The notes under the pieces were generated by a model, which was given only the letters and a program-made list of their open reading frames with translations, did not search any database and was not told the DNA's origin. From positions 428,049-492,048 of the forward strand of contig MFJV01000001.1 in NCBI GenBank assembly GCA_001780985.1: a stretch of 64,000 nt of DNA. Reading direction: 5' to 3'. The DNA comes from Candidatus Gottesmanbacteria bacterium RIFCSPLOWO2_01_FULL_43_11b. Lineage in GTDB: Bacteria; Patescibacteriota; Microgenomatia; UBA10105; UBA927. Shown here in pieces: positions 18,620-27,026 of this stretch (position 1 is its first letter; each line of letters starts with the position of its first letter). The translations under genes and the position numbers were made by a program.

Positions 18620-18651
18620 AAAAAAACCGACGAAGAGAGAATCTTCGTCGG
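18620..18651 (-). terminator. Intrinsic terminator for the XRE gene transcript, back-to-back with the plus-strand terminator
   Basis: Minus-strand stem CCGACGAAGA/UCUUCGUCGG followed by U7. Confidence 0.5.
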
Positions 18652-18783
18652 CAAATCTAATAATTTACCCTATTGTGAGTGTAGACCAAAAAAAATATTT
18701 GTCAAGAGGGATTTTATTGTCAGAACAATCTATATTATGGTATTCACAACAGTATTATTTTTACTTTTGCCTTCGGTTTGAAT

Positions 18784-19026
18784 CTAAAATGGGAGAATTT
18801 GAGAGGATTTTATGTGAAGCGAACGGCAAATTGCATAAATCTTTTCAAGTGTTGGTCGCGCCATTCCGTTTTCAATTTTACTGAAATAGGAGGGTTCAAT
18901 CCCTGCTTCAACTGCAACGTCAAGTGATTTTCTCTTTTGAGCCTTCCTCAAGCGTTTTACATTGACACCAATTGCCTTGAGCATTTGTCGCGACAGTCGG
19001 TACGCCATATGGCAAGATTGTCGCAA
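18784..19026 (-). CDS. XRE-family (Cro/CI-type) HTH transcriptional regulator
   Basis: LRKAQKRKSLDVAVEAGIEPSYFSKIENGMARPTLEKIYAICRSL. Confidence 0.7.
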   Translation of the reverse strand: MRQSCHMAYRLSRQMLKAIGVNVKRLRKAQKRKSLDVAVEAGIEPSYFSKIENGMARPTLEKIYAICRSLHIKSSQILPF

Positions 19027-19119
19027 AAGTTGTTCTATTAAACTTGTGATTTACAACCATTTTGAAGCTATGTTTGAGCTTGATTATTTTTCCAATTTGA
19101 TGTAGGTTCATGGAAGGAT

Positions 19120-19761
19120 ATGGCCGAAGATCAGAGAGATCCAATTGTTGTAATGCAACGGTATAAAACTCCAACAGCAATTATTATTTTCCTTATTTTG
19201 GGAATTTGGCTTTTTGCTAGAATAATTCAATACTCTTTTCAAGCGAGAGGTGCAACAGAGAAAAAAGCTACAAACAACAATACTTTTTTACCCATGCCGT
19301 CTTCCACAATCATGCCTTCAACCACCTCAATGGGGGAAGTTACTATCGAGCCAGAAAAAACGATTACAACAAGGAGAATTGTCAAAGGTAGTACTCCAAA
19401 AGGAATTGAGTTCTATGAAAAAGTTGATACATTACGGAAACAGGGGAGGGTTAACGGAGAACTTTGCACAGAATTCGAGTCTGATGCGATCGTTGATGTG
19501 AACCCAAAGATGCAATCGGTCCAGATGAGCCTGATGTATCCCTCAATTATCGAAAATGTTGACGATTCAGACAAAGCACTTATATTGAATGACTTTAATG
19601 TGATAAAAGCTCTAGCAGAGCAAGATCCGAGCCTTATTCTTTCGGATTACGGGACATTGCGATTGTTCGTATTAACCTTCCACGACAGCTCATGTATAGC
19701 TAAAGGAGAATTACAGAAAATGATGATTGATGCAGAGCCTCAATGGATTGATTGGAAGTAG
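19120..19761 (+). CDS. Hypothetical membrane-anchored protein (element cargo)
   Basis: N-terminal TM, Ser/Thr-rich linker, globular C-terminal domain; no motif recognised. Confidence 0.4.
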   Translation: MAEDQRDPIVVMQRYKTPTAIIIFLILGIWLFARIIQYSFQARGATEKKATNNNTFLPMPSSTIMPSTTSMGEVTIEPEKTITTRRIVKGSTPKGIEFYEKVDTLRKQGRVNGELCTEFESDAIVDVNPKMQSVQMSLMYPSIIENVDDSDKALILNDFNVIKALAEQDPSLILSDYGTLRLFVLTFHDSSCIAKGELQKMMIDAEPQWIDWK

Positions 19762-19949
19762 GAGGTACGATGTTTCTCTTCAAGAAAAAATGTCCTCGCT
19801 GTGATAGCACAAATATAAATAGAGTTAACCCTAGTCTATGGAGAAAATTTATGGACTTACAATATCAAGCATTAACTTGGGGCATCAGGAAGCCTTCTAA
19901 AGCACTCAACGTATGTCGCGATTGCGGATTCTCATGGGAAGATAGATAA
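19752..19949 (+). CDS. Small zinc-ribbon protein (element cargo)
   Basis: CPRC...CRDC. Overlaps the upstream gene by 10 nt. Confidence 0.4.
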   Translation: MEVGGTMFLFKKKCPRCDSTNINRVNPSLWRKFMDLQYQALTWGIRKPSKALNVCRDCGFSWEDR

Positions 19950-20339
19950 AGAATTTTGAGATTGTACCCCATGTTTTTGAGGCGCCCTCCGTACCATTCT
20001 CTGGTTACTCTTACAGAGTTTAAAAACCAGGGGGAATGGTAACCGAAAAGCTCATGTTTTTCTTTTATCCTATTACTTAAATCACACTATGTTTCGTGAA
20101 TAGATTCATAGACGTCAAGTATTTTTCAGCGAAATAACCGCTTGAAAGCGAGCTGCTCTGGTCAAAATGCCTCCTTTTGAGAGCAAAGGATACAAATAAG
20201 ACCTCATGTCAAATCTATAGTCAAGTCTTTTTTGGAGCATTCTATGACAAGTCATCGTCCTTACATAAAAAGTTAAAGACCTGTAGAAATTTCTAAATCA
20301 GAAGAATTATTGAAGCTCAAGTAAGTCTTTCGTGTTTTT

Positions 20340-21626
20340 CTAAGGATCATACTCAAACATTTCAAAAAAAGGGCTTCCCCAGTCCTCACCGTAAATCTCT
20401 TTGACTTTCTCCAAATGTTTTTTTGAAGCGCTTCGTTCTATTTTGTCCAAGTAGTTCAAAAAAACATTGATGTCTAGCTGTGAGAAGAACTGAGTATGTA
20501 ACCCCAAGCGTGTTTTGACGGGTTCCTCTTTCAGATATGTGTGGCATTCCTTATCGACAAACATCGCGTCACAATACGGGGCAAGCGAAGCGATTGTTTT
20601 AACGTCGTTTACAAAACCTCGTGTCGGTGGCTTTTTCTTCCCTGAAGCAGCTTTTCTTGCCACCGCTGCAAATAACATTGCAGAAATACGACCATATGAC
20701 ACCTCTTTTATATCTTCTGATTTGAAGTACTCCGTAGTTTTTAGTAATAATTGGTCTTCAGGTGTGCCTTTTTCTTTTAACTCATCTTGGATCTCCGATA
20801 CCAACGTGACCGTCGATGAAGGCAATAACCAATCTAACCTTGCGTTTGGATCTCCCATAGCAGCACTGTAGTGTCGCTGGAGACTTTGAAGATATGATTT
20901 GAGTATCATAATTCCAAACTGACCAACCTCTTCTTCGTACCAGTCATTGAAAACCTTACCTTTTTCTGACTGCCACCGTTTGAATACTGTTTGCATATAC
21001 GAATCTATCTGATCACGATCGCTTCGTATTCGCTCTGGTAGATCTTTATCTTGGCCAAACATATCTACTGAAATTCGTATTCTATCCTGCCAACCATCAA
21101 TGTCATCTCCATGCAAAACCGAATATAAATCTATCTCTTGAGTTTTTTTACCTAACCACTTCCTAAAATTCACAATAATTTGAAATCTTTTGATTGTTTC
21201 TTCGTCGTAAAACGACACACCATTTGAAAGGTGTTCATACATCCGACGAAGAAGTTGGTAGTGAGGCGTTACCAAGGACTCGTGTAGATGTGTAGTAGAG
21301 TCTGGACATATGATTAGTTGCAGTTTTACTAATCGATCAAGTTTAGCGAAAACCTCTTTCCACACACCTTTGACTCTTACTCTCCTTGTGATCTCTGTGG
21401 TAGGATGGAGGAGTTTCATCATCTCGCTAATGACCATTTGGTCTAGATAAATGACTTTTTTCTTGAGTTTGGGTAGCGAATACGATTCCGTATGCCAACA
21501 AGCTCGACACCTACGCGTATAACTAAAACTATGAATTGATATTACTCCATAGTCGGGTTTTTTACATTTTGGACATTCTACGTAGGGTGGGCTAATAAAT
21601 ATTCTTGGATCTATTGTAATTCTCAT
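20340..21626 (-). CDS. Hypothetical protein with N-terminal zinc ribbon (element cargo)
   Basis: CPKC...CRAC near the N-terminus, remainder unassignable. Start taken at MRITIDP, preceded by GAGGGAAGG; the track start at 21701 would overlap the divergent gene. Confidence 0.5.
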   Translation of the reverse strand: MRITIDPRIFISPPYVECPKCKKPDYGVISIHSFSYTRRCRACWHTESYSLPKLKKKVIYLDQMVISEMMKLLHPTTEITRRVRVKGVWKEVFAKLDRLVKLQLIICPDSTTHLHESLVTPHYQLLRRMYEHLSNGVSFYDEETIKRFQIIVNFRKWLGKKTQEIDLYSVLHGDDIDGWQDRIRISVDMFGQDKDLPERIRSDRDQIDSYMQTVFKRWQSEKGKVFNDWYEEEVGQFGIMILKSYLQSLQRHYSAAMGDPNARLDWLLPSSTVTLVSEIQDELKEKGTPEDQLLLKTTEYFKSEDIKEVSYGRISAMLFAAVARKAASGKKKPPTRGFVNDVKTIASLAPYCDAMFVDKECHTYLKEEPVKTRLGLHTQFFSQLDINVFLNYLDKIERSASKKHLEKVKEIYGEDWGSPFFEMFEYDP

Positions 21627-21690
21627 TCCTTCCCTCTGTTTGTTCTCATGGCAGTCATTATATACCCAATGGTGATATAATTTAGCAAGT

Positions 21691-22302
21691 ATGGAAACCA
21701 CGCCTAGCGGAAATTTTTTCCTTCAATATGGTAGCTTAATCGGAACGATTATTGCGTCCATTACTGCATTGGGAATAGCAATATGGGGTAGATGGTTAAG
21801 AAGTTTACCGTTCAGACCAGAATTGAAGATTGTTGACCTGATAAGCCGAAATCAAACGCCAAGTCTTAATCTTTGGAGATTAGTCATCAAAAACATCGGA
21901 AACGATACGGCAAAAAATGTACAAGTAGATATCATAGAGGTTGTCGACGATGGTAAAAAATTAAGGAAAAATTTCCTTCCGCTTCCCTTACGCTGGACGC
22001 ATTTAGATAAAGAGTGTCGAGATATCCTTCCTGATCAGACGGTCTATCTCGATCTTTTTGAACATATTAACCGAGGGCCGTTGGGGAACATGCAGCATTT
22101 CGTTCGTTTTGGGACAAGATACGCACAAGAGATTCAACATTTTTGCTTCTTAAATCCTGGGAAATCCAAGGTAAAAATCAAGTTATTCCAAGAAAATGGA
22201 GTATCCTTTGAAACAACTGTAGACACGGATTGGGACGGAACACTCTTGTTTGACGCTAAGCGGAAAGGTGGCAATTGGCTTTGGAGGAATAAGAACGAGT
22301 AG
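21691..22302 (+). CDS. Hypothetical membrane protein (element cargo)
   Basis: N-terminal TM. TATAAT (21676-21681) ends 9 nt before the ATG, suggesting a near-leaderless transcript. Confidence 0.4.
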   Translation: METTPSGNFFLQYGSLIGTIIASITALGIAIWGRWLRSLPFRPELKIVDLISRNQTPSLNLWRLVIKNIGNDTAKNVQVDIIEVVDDGKKLRKNFLPLPLRWTHLDKECRDILPDQTVYLDLFEHINRGPLGNMQHFVRFGTRYAQEIQHFCFLNPGKSKVKIKLFQENGVSFETTVDTDWDGTLLFDAKRKGGNWLWRNKNE

Positions 22303-22370
22303 ACATCTAAGTCACGAGCCCAAATGAGGCGGTTCTGTCAGGCGAGAGGAAATAGGTTCTGATTTCTTGG

Positions 22371-22383
22371 AGGCCCCGCAACA
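22371..22383. repeat. attR core direct repeat
   Basis: AGGCCCCGCAACA, identical to 16144-16156. A 13-mer match is unlikely by chance in 64 kb. Confidence 0.6.
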
Positions 22384-22423
22384 CATTCGACTCGCATCGC
22401 CCACTCAGTGCGAGCCAATACAC

Positions 22424-22452
22424 AAAAAAGCGACCACGAGGGTCGCTTTTTT
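22424..22452. terminator. Bidirectional intrinsic terminator
   Basis: A6-GCGACC-acgag-GGTCGC-T6. Terminates the minus-strand RRM gene and plus-strand element transcripts. Confidence 0.6.
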
Positions 22453-22469
22453 ATTTGTATATAAATATA

Positions 22470-22805
22470 TTACCAAGTGCGTCCGCCTCGATCATTTCGT
22501 CCCCTGTCTCCTCCTCTTCTGTCAAACCCTCCACCACCTCCTCGATTTTCTCTTGGGGCCAAAGGTTTGGCTTCATTGACCACTATCGTCCGGCCATCTA
22601 ATTGTTTCCCATTTAACTCTGCTATCGCTTTGCGCGCCTCGTCATCAGTGCTCATTTCAACAAATCCGAATCCCCGTGATTTTCCGGAAAATTTATCGGT
22701 AATAATAGTTGCTGATGTCACTGAGCCTACTCCGCCAAAAAAAGAGCGGAGCGAATCTTCAGTCGTATCCCAACTGAGTCCCCCAACAAATAATTTAACT
22801 GCCAT
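22470..22805 (-). CDS. RRM-type RNA-binding protein with Gly/Arg-rich tail
   Basis: RNP2 LFVGGL and RNP1 RGFGFVEM; C-terminal RGG/RGD repeats. Confidence 0.85.
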   Translation of the reverse strand: MAVKLFVGGLSWDTTEDSLRSFFGGVGSVTSATIITDKFSGKSRGFGFVEMSTDDEARKAIAELNGKQLDGRTIVVNEAKPLAPRENRGGGGGFDRRGGDRGRNDRGGRTW

Positions 22806-22923
22806 ATATTTTCACCTCCAGACTTTCCCTCTCTGCTTCGTACGTGTCCTTTATGGGGAACCGTCTACGAACTGAATGGGTAGAATAGCCCTATTGTACC
22901 GCATCTGATAAAATAGAGGAAAT

Positions 22924-22995
22924 GTCAGGGTAGCTCAGTGGTAGAGCACCAGTATCATAAACTGGTCGTCGAGAGTTCGATCCTCTCCCCTGACA
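22924..22995 (+). tRNA. tRNA-Met(CAU), elongator-type (G1-C72); could also be tRNA-Ile2 (lysidine). Intron-less.
   Basis: Manual fold: acceptor GTCAGGG/CCCTGAC; D arm GCTC-AGTGGTA-GAGC; anticodon arm CCAGT-ATCATAA-ACTGG; T arm GAGAG-TTCGATC-CTCTC; discriminator A. Confidence 0.85.
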
Positions 22996-23089
22996 CAAGA
23001 GTTTTGTTTTGAGGCCGCCACGCGGCCGAAATCCCGCCACGCGGGACGATCCATGCCGCTGGCACTTCGTTTACTCAGTGCAAGCACTT

Positions 23090-23455
23090 TTAGAAAAACA
23101 ACTTCCACCACTTCTTCCAATTTGGCAATTCTTCTGGTTTTTCCGTTTCTTGTTTACTATTTTCTAACATCGGTACCAACACAATCGCTTCCCCCTCTTT
23201 AATTAGTCCTAAATCCTCCCGTGCGGATTTCTCAATAAATTCAGGACTTTGCGCCTGATTCAGTTTCTTTTTGAGCTCCTCCTGTTTCTTCTCAAGATCC
23301 AGTAATACTTCTCTTCTTTCATTTACGATGTCTCTTTTTTGCCACAGTGAGTACATACTCCGAATAACGCCGACTATCACAAAAATGCTAACGAGCGTTC
23401 CGACCAATCGGAAGAGTCGACTTTTGAAAAATTTTACGATCTTGTATCCCATCAT
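23090..23455 (-). CDS. Septum formation initiator (FtsB/DivIC-like)
   Basis: N-terminal TM followed by a coiled coil (EVLLDLEKKQEELKKKLNQAQ). Confidence 0.55.
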   Translation of the reverse strand: MMGYKIVKFFKSRLFRLVGTLVSIFVIVGVIRSMYSLWQKRDIVNERREVLLDLEKKQEELKKKLNQAQSPEFIEKSAREDLGLIKEGEAIVLVPMLENSKQETEKPEELPNWKKWWKLFF

Positions 23456-23513
23456 TTTCTATGATATTATAGGCCCTTGCTTACGCAAACAAGCTCTCAA
23501 TCCTGCTTTTTAT

Positions 23514-24374
23514 ATGGCTCTTGATCTTAAGACCGCTCATAAACAGTTCTTGGAGTACCTCGGTTCCCGAAGACGCGCGCGTGCAACTATCGTAGCATAC
23601 GGAAAAGATATCGAACAGCTCACGAGCTTCCTCGGGAACATGGGCAAAAAAGATATTACCGAAGTAAAACGGGAAGAGCTCGAGGCATTCCTTAAAAAAC
23701 TCTCGGCCGATAACTACACACCCAAATCAATCTCGCGAAAAATTAACTCCATGAAAACTTTTTACCGGTTCCTTAAGGCAAGTAGTGCAGTGACTGTTGA
23801 CCCAAGTCTTGATATTGAACACCCCAAATATGAGGTCAAACCGCCCCGCGTTCTCTCGAAACTCGAATACAGGGCGCTTCGCGATGCATGCCGGGGAGAT
23901 ATAAGAATCCATGCAATCGTAGAACTCTTTCTCCAAACAGGTATTCGGATCGGCGAACTAGCCAATCTCACCCTTGAAGACATTCTAGATAGCGAACTCC
24001 ACGTTGCTTCCCAAGAAGGCCATGAGGAGCGAAACGTTCCCTTAAATCGTGCGGCAAAAGAAGCTGTGGGAAACTATATTAGAATCCGCGATAAAGCAGC
24101 CAAATCCAAAGCCTTATTTATCACAAAAACAGGTCGGGCGCTTCTTATAAGAAATATCCGAACCGCAATTGACCGATACTTTCGCATTGCAGGAATTGAA
24201 GACGCAAAGGTCAACGATCTTCGCCATACCTTTATCGCCCATCATTTAATGGCCGGCACACCGATCACAACACTGTCTAAGTTTGTCGGCCACAAGCGCC
24301 TCTCGACAACCGAAAAATACCTCGACTTGATAAAAGACAAACAAGTCGAAAACGTCAAACTGGAAGAGCTGTAA
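23514..24374 (+). CDS. Tyrosine recombinase, XerC/XerD-like
   Basis: N-terminal SAM-like domain. Catalytic region LRHTFIAHHLMAGTPITTLSKFVGHKRLSTTEKYLDL (R...HxxR...Y). Start taken at MALDLK; the track extension overlaps ftsB. Confidence 0.8.
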   Translation: MALDLKTAHKQFLEYLGSRRRARATIVAYGKDIEQLTSFLGNMGKKDITEVKREELEAFLKKLSADNYTPKSISRKINSMKTFYRFLKASSAVTVDPSLDIEHPKYEVKPPRVLSKLEYRALRDACRGDIRIHAIVELFLQTGIRIGELANLTLEDILDSELHVASQEGHEERNVPLNRAAKEAVGNYIRIRDKAAKSKALFITKTGRALLIRNIRTAIDRYFRIAGIEDAKVNDLRHTFIAHHLMAGTPITTLSKFVGHKRLSTTEKYLDLIKDKQVENVKLEEL

Positions 24375-24395
24375 AGACTACGATACAATTGCCTC

Positions 24396-26483
24396 ATGGA
24401 TAAAGCGTATGATTCCAAGTTAGTCGAAGGAAAAATCTACAGGATGTGGGAAAAGGGCGGTTACTTTAAACCGAAGATCGATAAAAAGAAAAAACCATTC
24501 ACTATTATTCTCCCTCCTCCTAATGCCAACGCAGATTTACATCTTGGCCACGCGATGTATGTTATTGAGGATATCATGACCCGCTACCACAGAATGATTG
24601 GCGATCCGACACTTTGGCTTCCGGGCGCAGACCACGCAGGATTTGAGACACAGTATGTCTTTGAAAAAGAGCTTGCTAAAAAAGACAAAAGCCGTTTTGA
24701 TTTTCCGCGGGATGTGCTTTACAAAATGATTTGGGATTTTGTCCATGAAAACCGAGGAAAAATGGAAAATCAGCTTCGACGGCTTGGGTTTTCACTCGAC
24801 TGGAGCAGGAATGTCTTCACCCTTGATCAAACAGTCGTTACAACGGTTTACACGACCTTTAAACGGCTCTTTGATGAGGGCTTGGTATATCGGGGATTAC
24901 GATTAGTGAATTATTGCACAAAAGATGGTACTGGGTTTTCTGATCTTGAAGTAAAACATGTCGAGCGAGCTGATCCTTTGTATTACATGAAATACGGCCC
25001 GTTTATTTTGGCAACCGTGCGGCCGGAAACCAAATTCGGCGATACTGCAGTTGCAGTAAACCCCAAAGACAAACGCTATAAAAAATGGATAGGCAAAGAA
25101 ATTGAAGTCGAGGGTTTGCTTAGAAAATTCAAAATGAAAGTTGTTGGAGACGATGCGATTGACCCTTCTTTTGGAACCGGTGTAGCAAAAGTCACCCCCA
25201 GCCATGACTTTACGGATTATGAAATTGCCAAGCGCCACAACCTCCCAATGAAGCAGGTTATCGGATTTGATGGCCGTCTTACAGATATTGCCGGCCCGTA
25301 TGCGGGGCTCAAAGTAAAAACAGCGCGGGAAAAAGTTGTTGAGGAGATGAAAACGAGGGGCATGATCGACCACATCGATGAAAACTACACCCACACTGTG
25401 GCGACATGCTACAAATGCGGCACTGTCATTGAGCCGCTACCTTTGGAACAGTGGTATGTAAAAATCAAACCGTTAGCAACGCAAGCAACAAAAGCAATTA
25501 AAGAGAAAAAAATTGCCGTTGTGCCGAGGCGATTTGAAAAACACATGATCCAGTGGTTAACAAATTTTGCGGACTGGAACATAAGCCGTCAGCTTGTTTG
25601 GGGTATGAGAATACCTGCATGGAAATGCCAATCTTGTAACGAGTGGACTGTAACCGAAGGTGAAGAACCGAATCAATGTTCAAAATGTCATAAAACGAAA
25701 TTGCAACAAGATACGGATACTTTTGATACGTGGTTTAGCAGTGGTCAATGGCCCTTCGCCACGCTTCGCGTGGCTCAGGGTAAACTCTCAGATTTCCGTA
25801 GTAATGACTTCAATTATTTTTATCCAACATCTGTGATGGAAACGGCGTATGATATTTTGCCGTGGTGGGTATGCCGGATGATTATGCTTGGTCTCTATGT
25901 TACCAACGATGTCCCATTTCGAACTGTCTACTACCACGGTCTCATTCGAGATAGTAAAGGCCAGAAAATGAGTAAAAGTAAAGGTAACGTGCTCAATCCG
26001 CTCAGGCTCATTGATCAGTACGGGGCTGATGCGCTCCGTTTCTCGCTTGTTTTCGGTACTGCTGCAGGCAACGATCAATCTATCTCTGAAGACAAAATCC
26101 GTGGCATGCGTAATTTTGCAAATAAGCTGTGGAATGCAGCCCGTTTTGTGACTCTTTTGCAATCAGAAACAAAAAAAGGCCAACAAGATATTACGTTTAA
26201 AAAAGAAATGGACAGAATCATACATAAAGTTACAAGCTATATGGATAAATTCAACTTTAATGCAGCGTCTGAACTTCTCTACGAGAGTTTCTGGCATTGG
26301 TATTGTGACCAAATAATAGAACAAGCAAAAAATGGAAAAATTTCTAAAACGGTTTTACACGAAGGACTCCTTAGCTATCTCAAACTCCTTCACCCCTTCA
26401 TGCCCTTTGTGACAGAAGAGCTCTACCAAAAAATGCCGGGCTGGAACGGTACACCCCTTATTGTGTCAAGTTGGCCAGTGTAG
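24396..26483 (+). CDS. valS: Valyl-tRNA synthetase (short form lacking C-terminal coiled-coil)
   Basis: PPPNANADLHLGHA, PGADHAGFETQ, DTFDTWFSSGQWPF, KMSKSKGNV. Ends just after SSWPV. Confidence 0.8.
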   Translation: MDKAYDSKLVEGKIYRMWEKGGYFKPKIDKKKKPFTIILPPPNANADLHLGHAMYVIEDIMTRYHRMIGDPTLWLPGADHAGFETQYVFEKELAKKDKSRFDFPRDVLYKMIWDFVHENRGKMENQLRRLGFSLDWSRNVFTLDQTVVTTVYTTFKRLFDEGLVYRGLRLVNYCTKDGTGFSDLEVKHVERADPLYYMKYGPFILATVRPETKFGDTAVAVNPKDKRYKKWIGKEIEVEGLLRKFKMKVVGDDAIDPSFGTGVAKVTPSHDFTDYEIAKRHNLPMKQVIGFDGRLTDIAGPYAGLKVKTAREKVVEEMKTRGMIDHIDENYTHTVATCYKCGTVIEPLPLEQWYVKIKPLATQATKAIKEKKIAVVPRRFEKHMIQWLTNFADWNISRQLVWGMRIPAWKCQSCNEWTVTEGEEPNQCSKCHKTKLQQDTDTFDTWFSSGQWPFATLRVAQGKLSDFRSNDFNYFYPTSVMETAYDILPWWVCRMIMLGLYVTNDVPFRTVYYHGLIRDSKGQKMSKSKGNVLNPLRLIDQYGADALRFSLVFGTAAGNDQSISEDKIRGMRNFANKLWNAARFVTLLQSETKKGQQDITFKKEMDRIIHKVTSYMDKFNFNAASELLYESFWHWYCDQIIEQAKNGKISKTVLHEGLLSYLKLLHPFMPFVTEELYQKMPGWNGTPLIVSSWPV

Positions 26484-26486
26484 GGT

Positions 26487-27014
26487 ATGTCAGAGCAGCA
26501 AACAAATTGGTACATAAATAGAGATCCCCGAAATCGGATCAATTATGGTGACCCACGAGCGCTTTATTGGCATCAGTATAGAACCGCATATGAAGCAGTT
26601 CGTTCGAGATTGTCACCAGGACAACCGATACCACCGGACCTACCTGTTTTATTCCTTGGCAACAACACCCTGAATGGTTTTAACTTTGACATTAGGAAAA
26701 AAGATAGAGCGCCAATTATGGGATTTAATTTCCCAGGAAAATCAGTAAGTATCGGTTTTAGCAATGATATTCATGTTGTTTCAGGAGCAATATTAGATAA
26801 AGATGCCAAACGGCAAGATCATTTGTTTATTGTCCCACGAGCTGATCTATTCCAAGAGTTAGGATATGCGGTAGTCTATCTTCCAACTCCAAATCAACCC
26901 CTGCATTGTCGAATCGTTCATTCGATGCACATTCAAAATCCTTCAATGCATCTTCCTCCCTTTCGAGACAGAGTAGCTCTCGCGAAATTATTTCAACAAC
27001 ACAAAGTAGCCTAA
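26487..27014 (+). CDS. Hypothetical protein
   Basis: 175-aa ORF 4 nt after valS; no motif recognised. Confidence 0.4.
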   Translation: MSEQQTNWYINRDPRNRINYGDPRALYWHQYRTAYEAVRSRLSPGQPIPPDLPVLFLGNNTLNGFNFDIRKKDRAPIMGFNFPGKSVSIGFSNDIHVVSGAILDKDAKRQDHLFIVPRADLFQELGYAVVYLPTPNQPLHCRIVHSMHIQNPSMHLPPFRDRVALAKLFQQHKVA

Positions 27015-27026
27015 CTCACCTGTATT

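Larger units (their letters stand above)
16144..22383. mobile_element. Integrated element (~6.2 kb) inserted at the 3' end of the intron-containing tRNA(CAU); serine-recombinase type
   Basis: 13-bp direct repeats AGGCCCCGCAACA at 16144-16156 and 22371-22383. Recombinase gene abuts attL. Cargo is RHH and XRE regulators plus four unknown proteins. Confidence 0.5.

Noticed and set aside
18413-18781. 122-aa plus-strand ORF in the RHH-XRE gap
   Set aside because: No RBS, and it reads through a strong intrinsic terminator at 18557-18616. More consistent with an ncRNA.
21627-21701. 25-aa N-terminal extension of the 453-aa element protein (track start 21701)
   Set aside because: It would overlap the divergent gene's start and its TATAAT. 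The internal ATG at 21626 has a GAGGGAAGG RBS at ideal spacing.
23271-23513. 81-aa N-terminal extension of the XerC/D-like ORF
   Set aside because: Overlaps the convergent ftsB-like gene and lacks similarity to recombinase N-domains. MALDLK at 23514 matches typical Xer starts.
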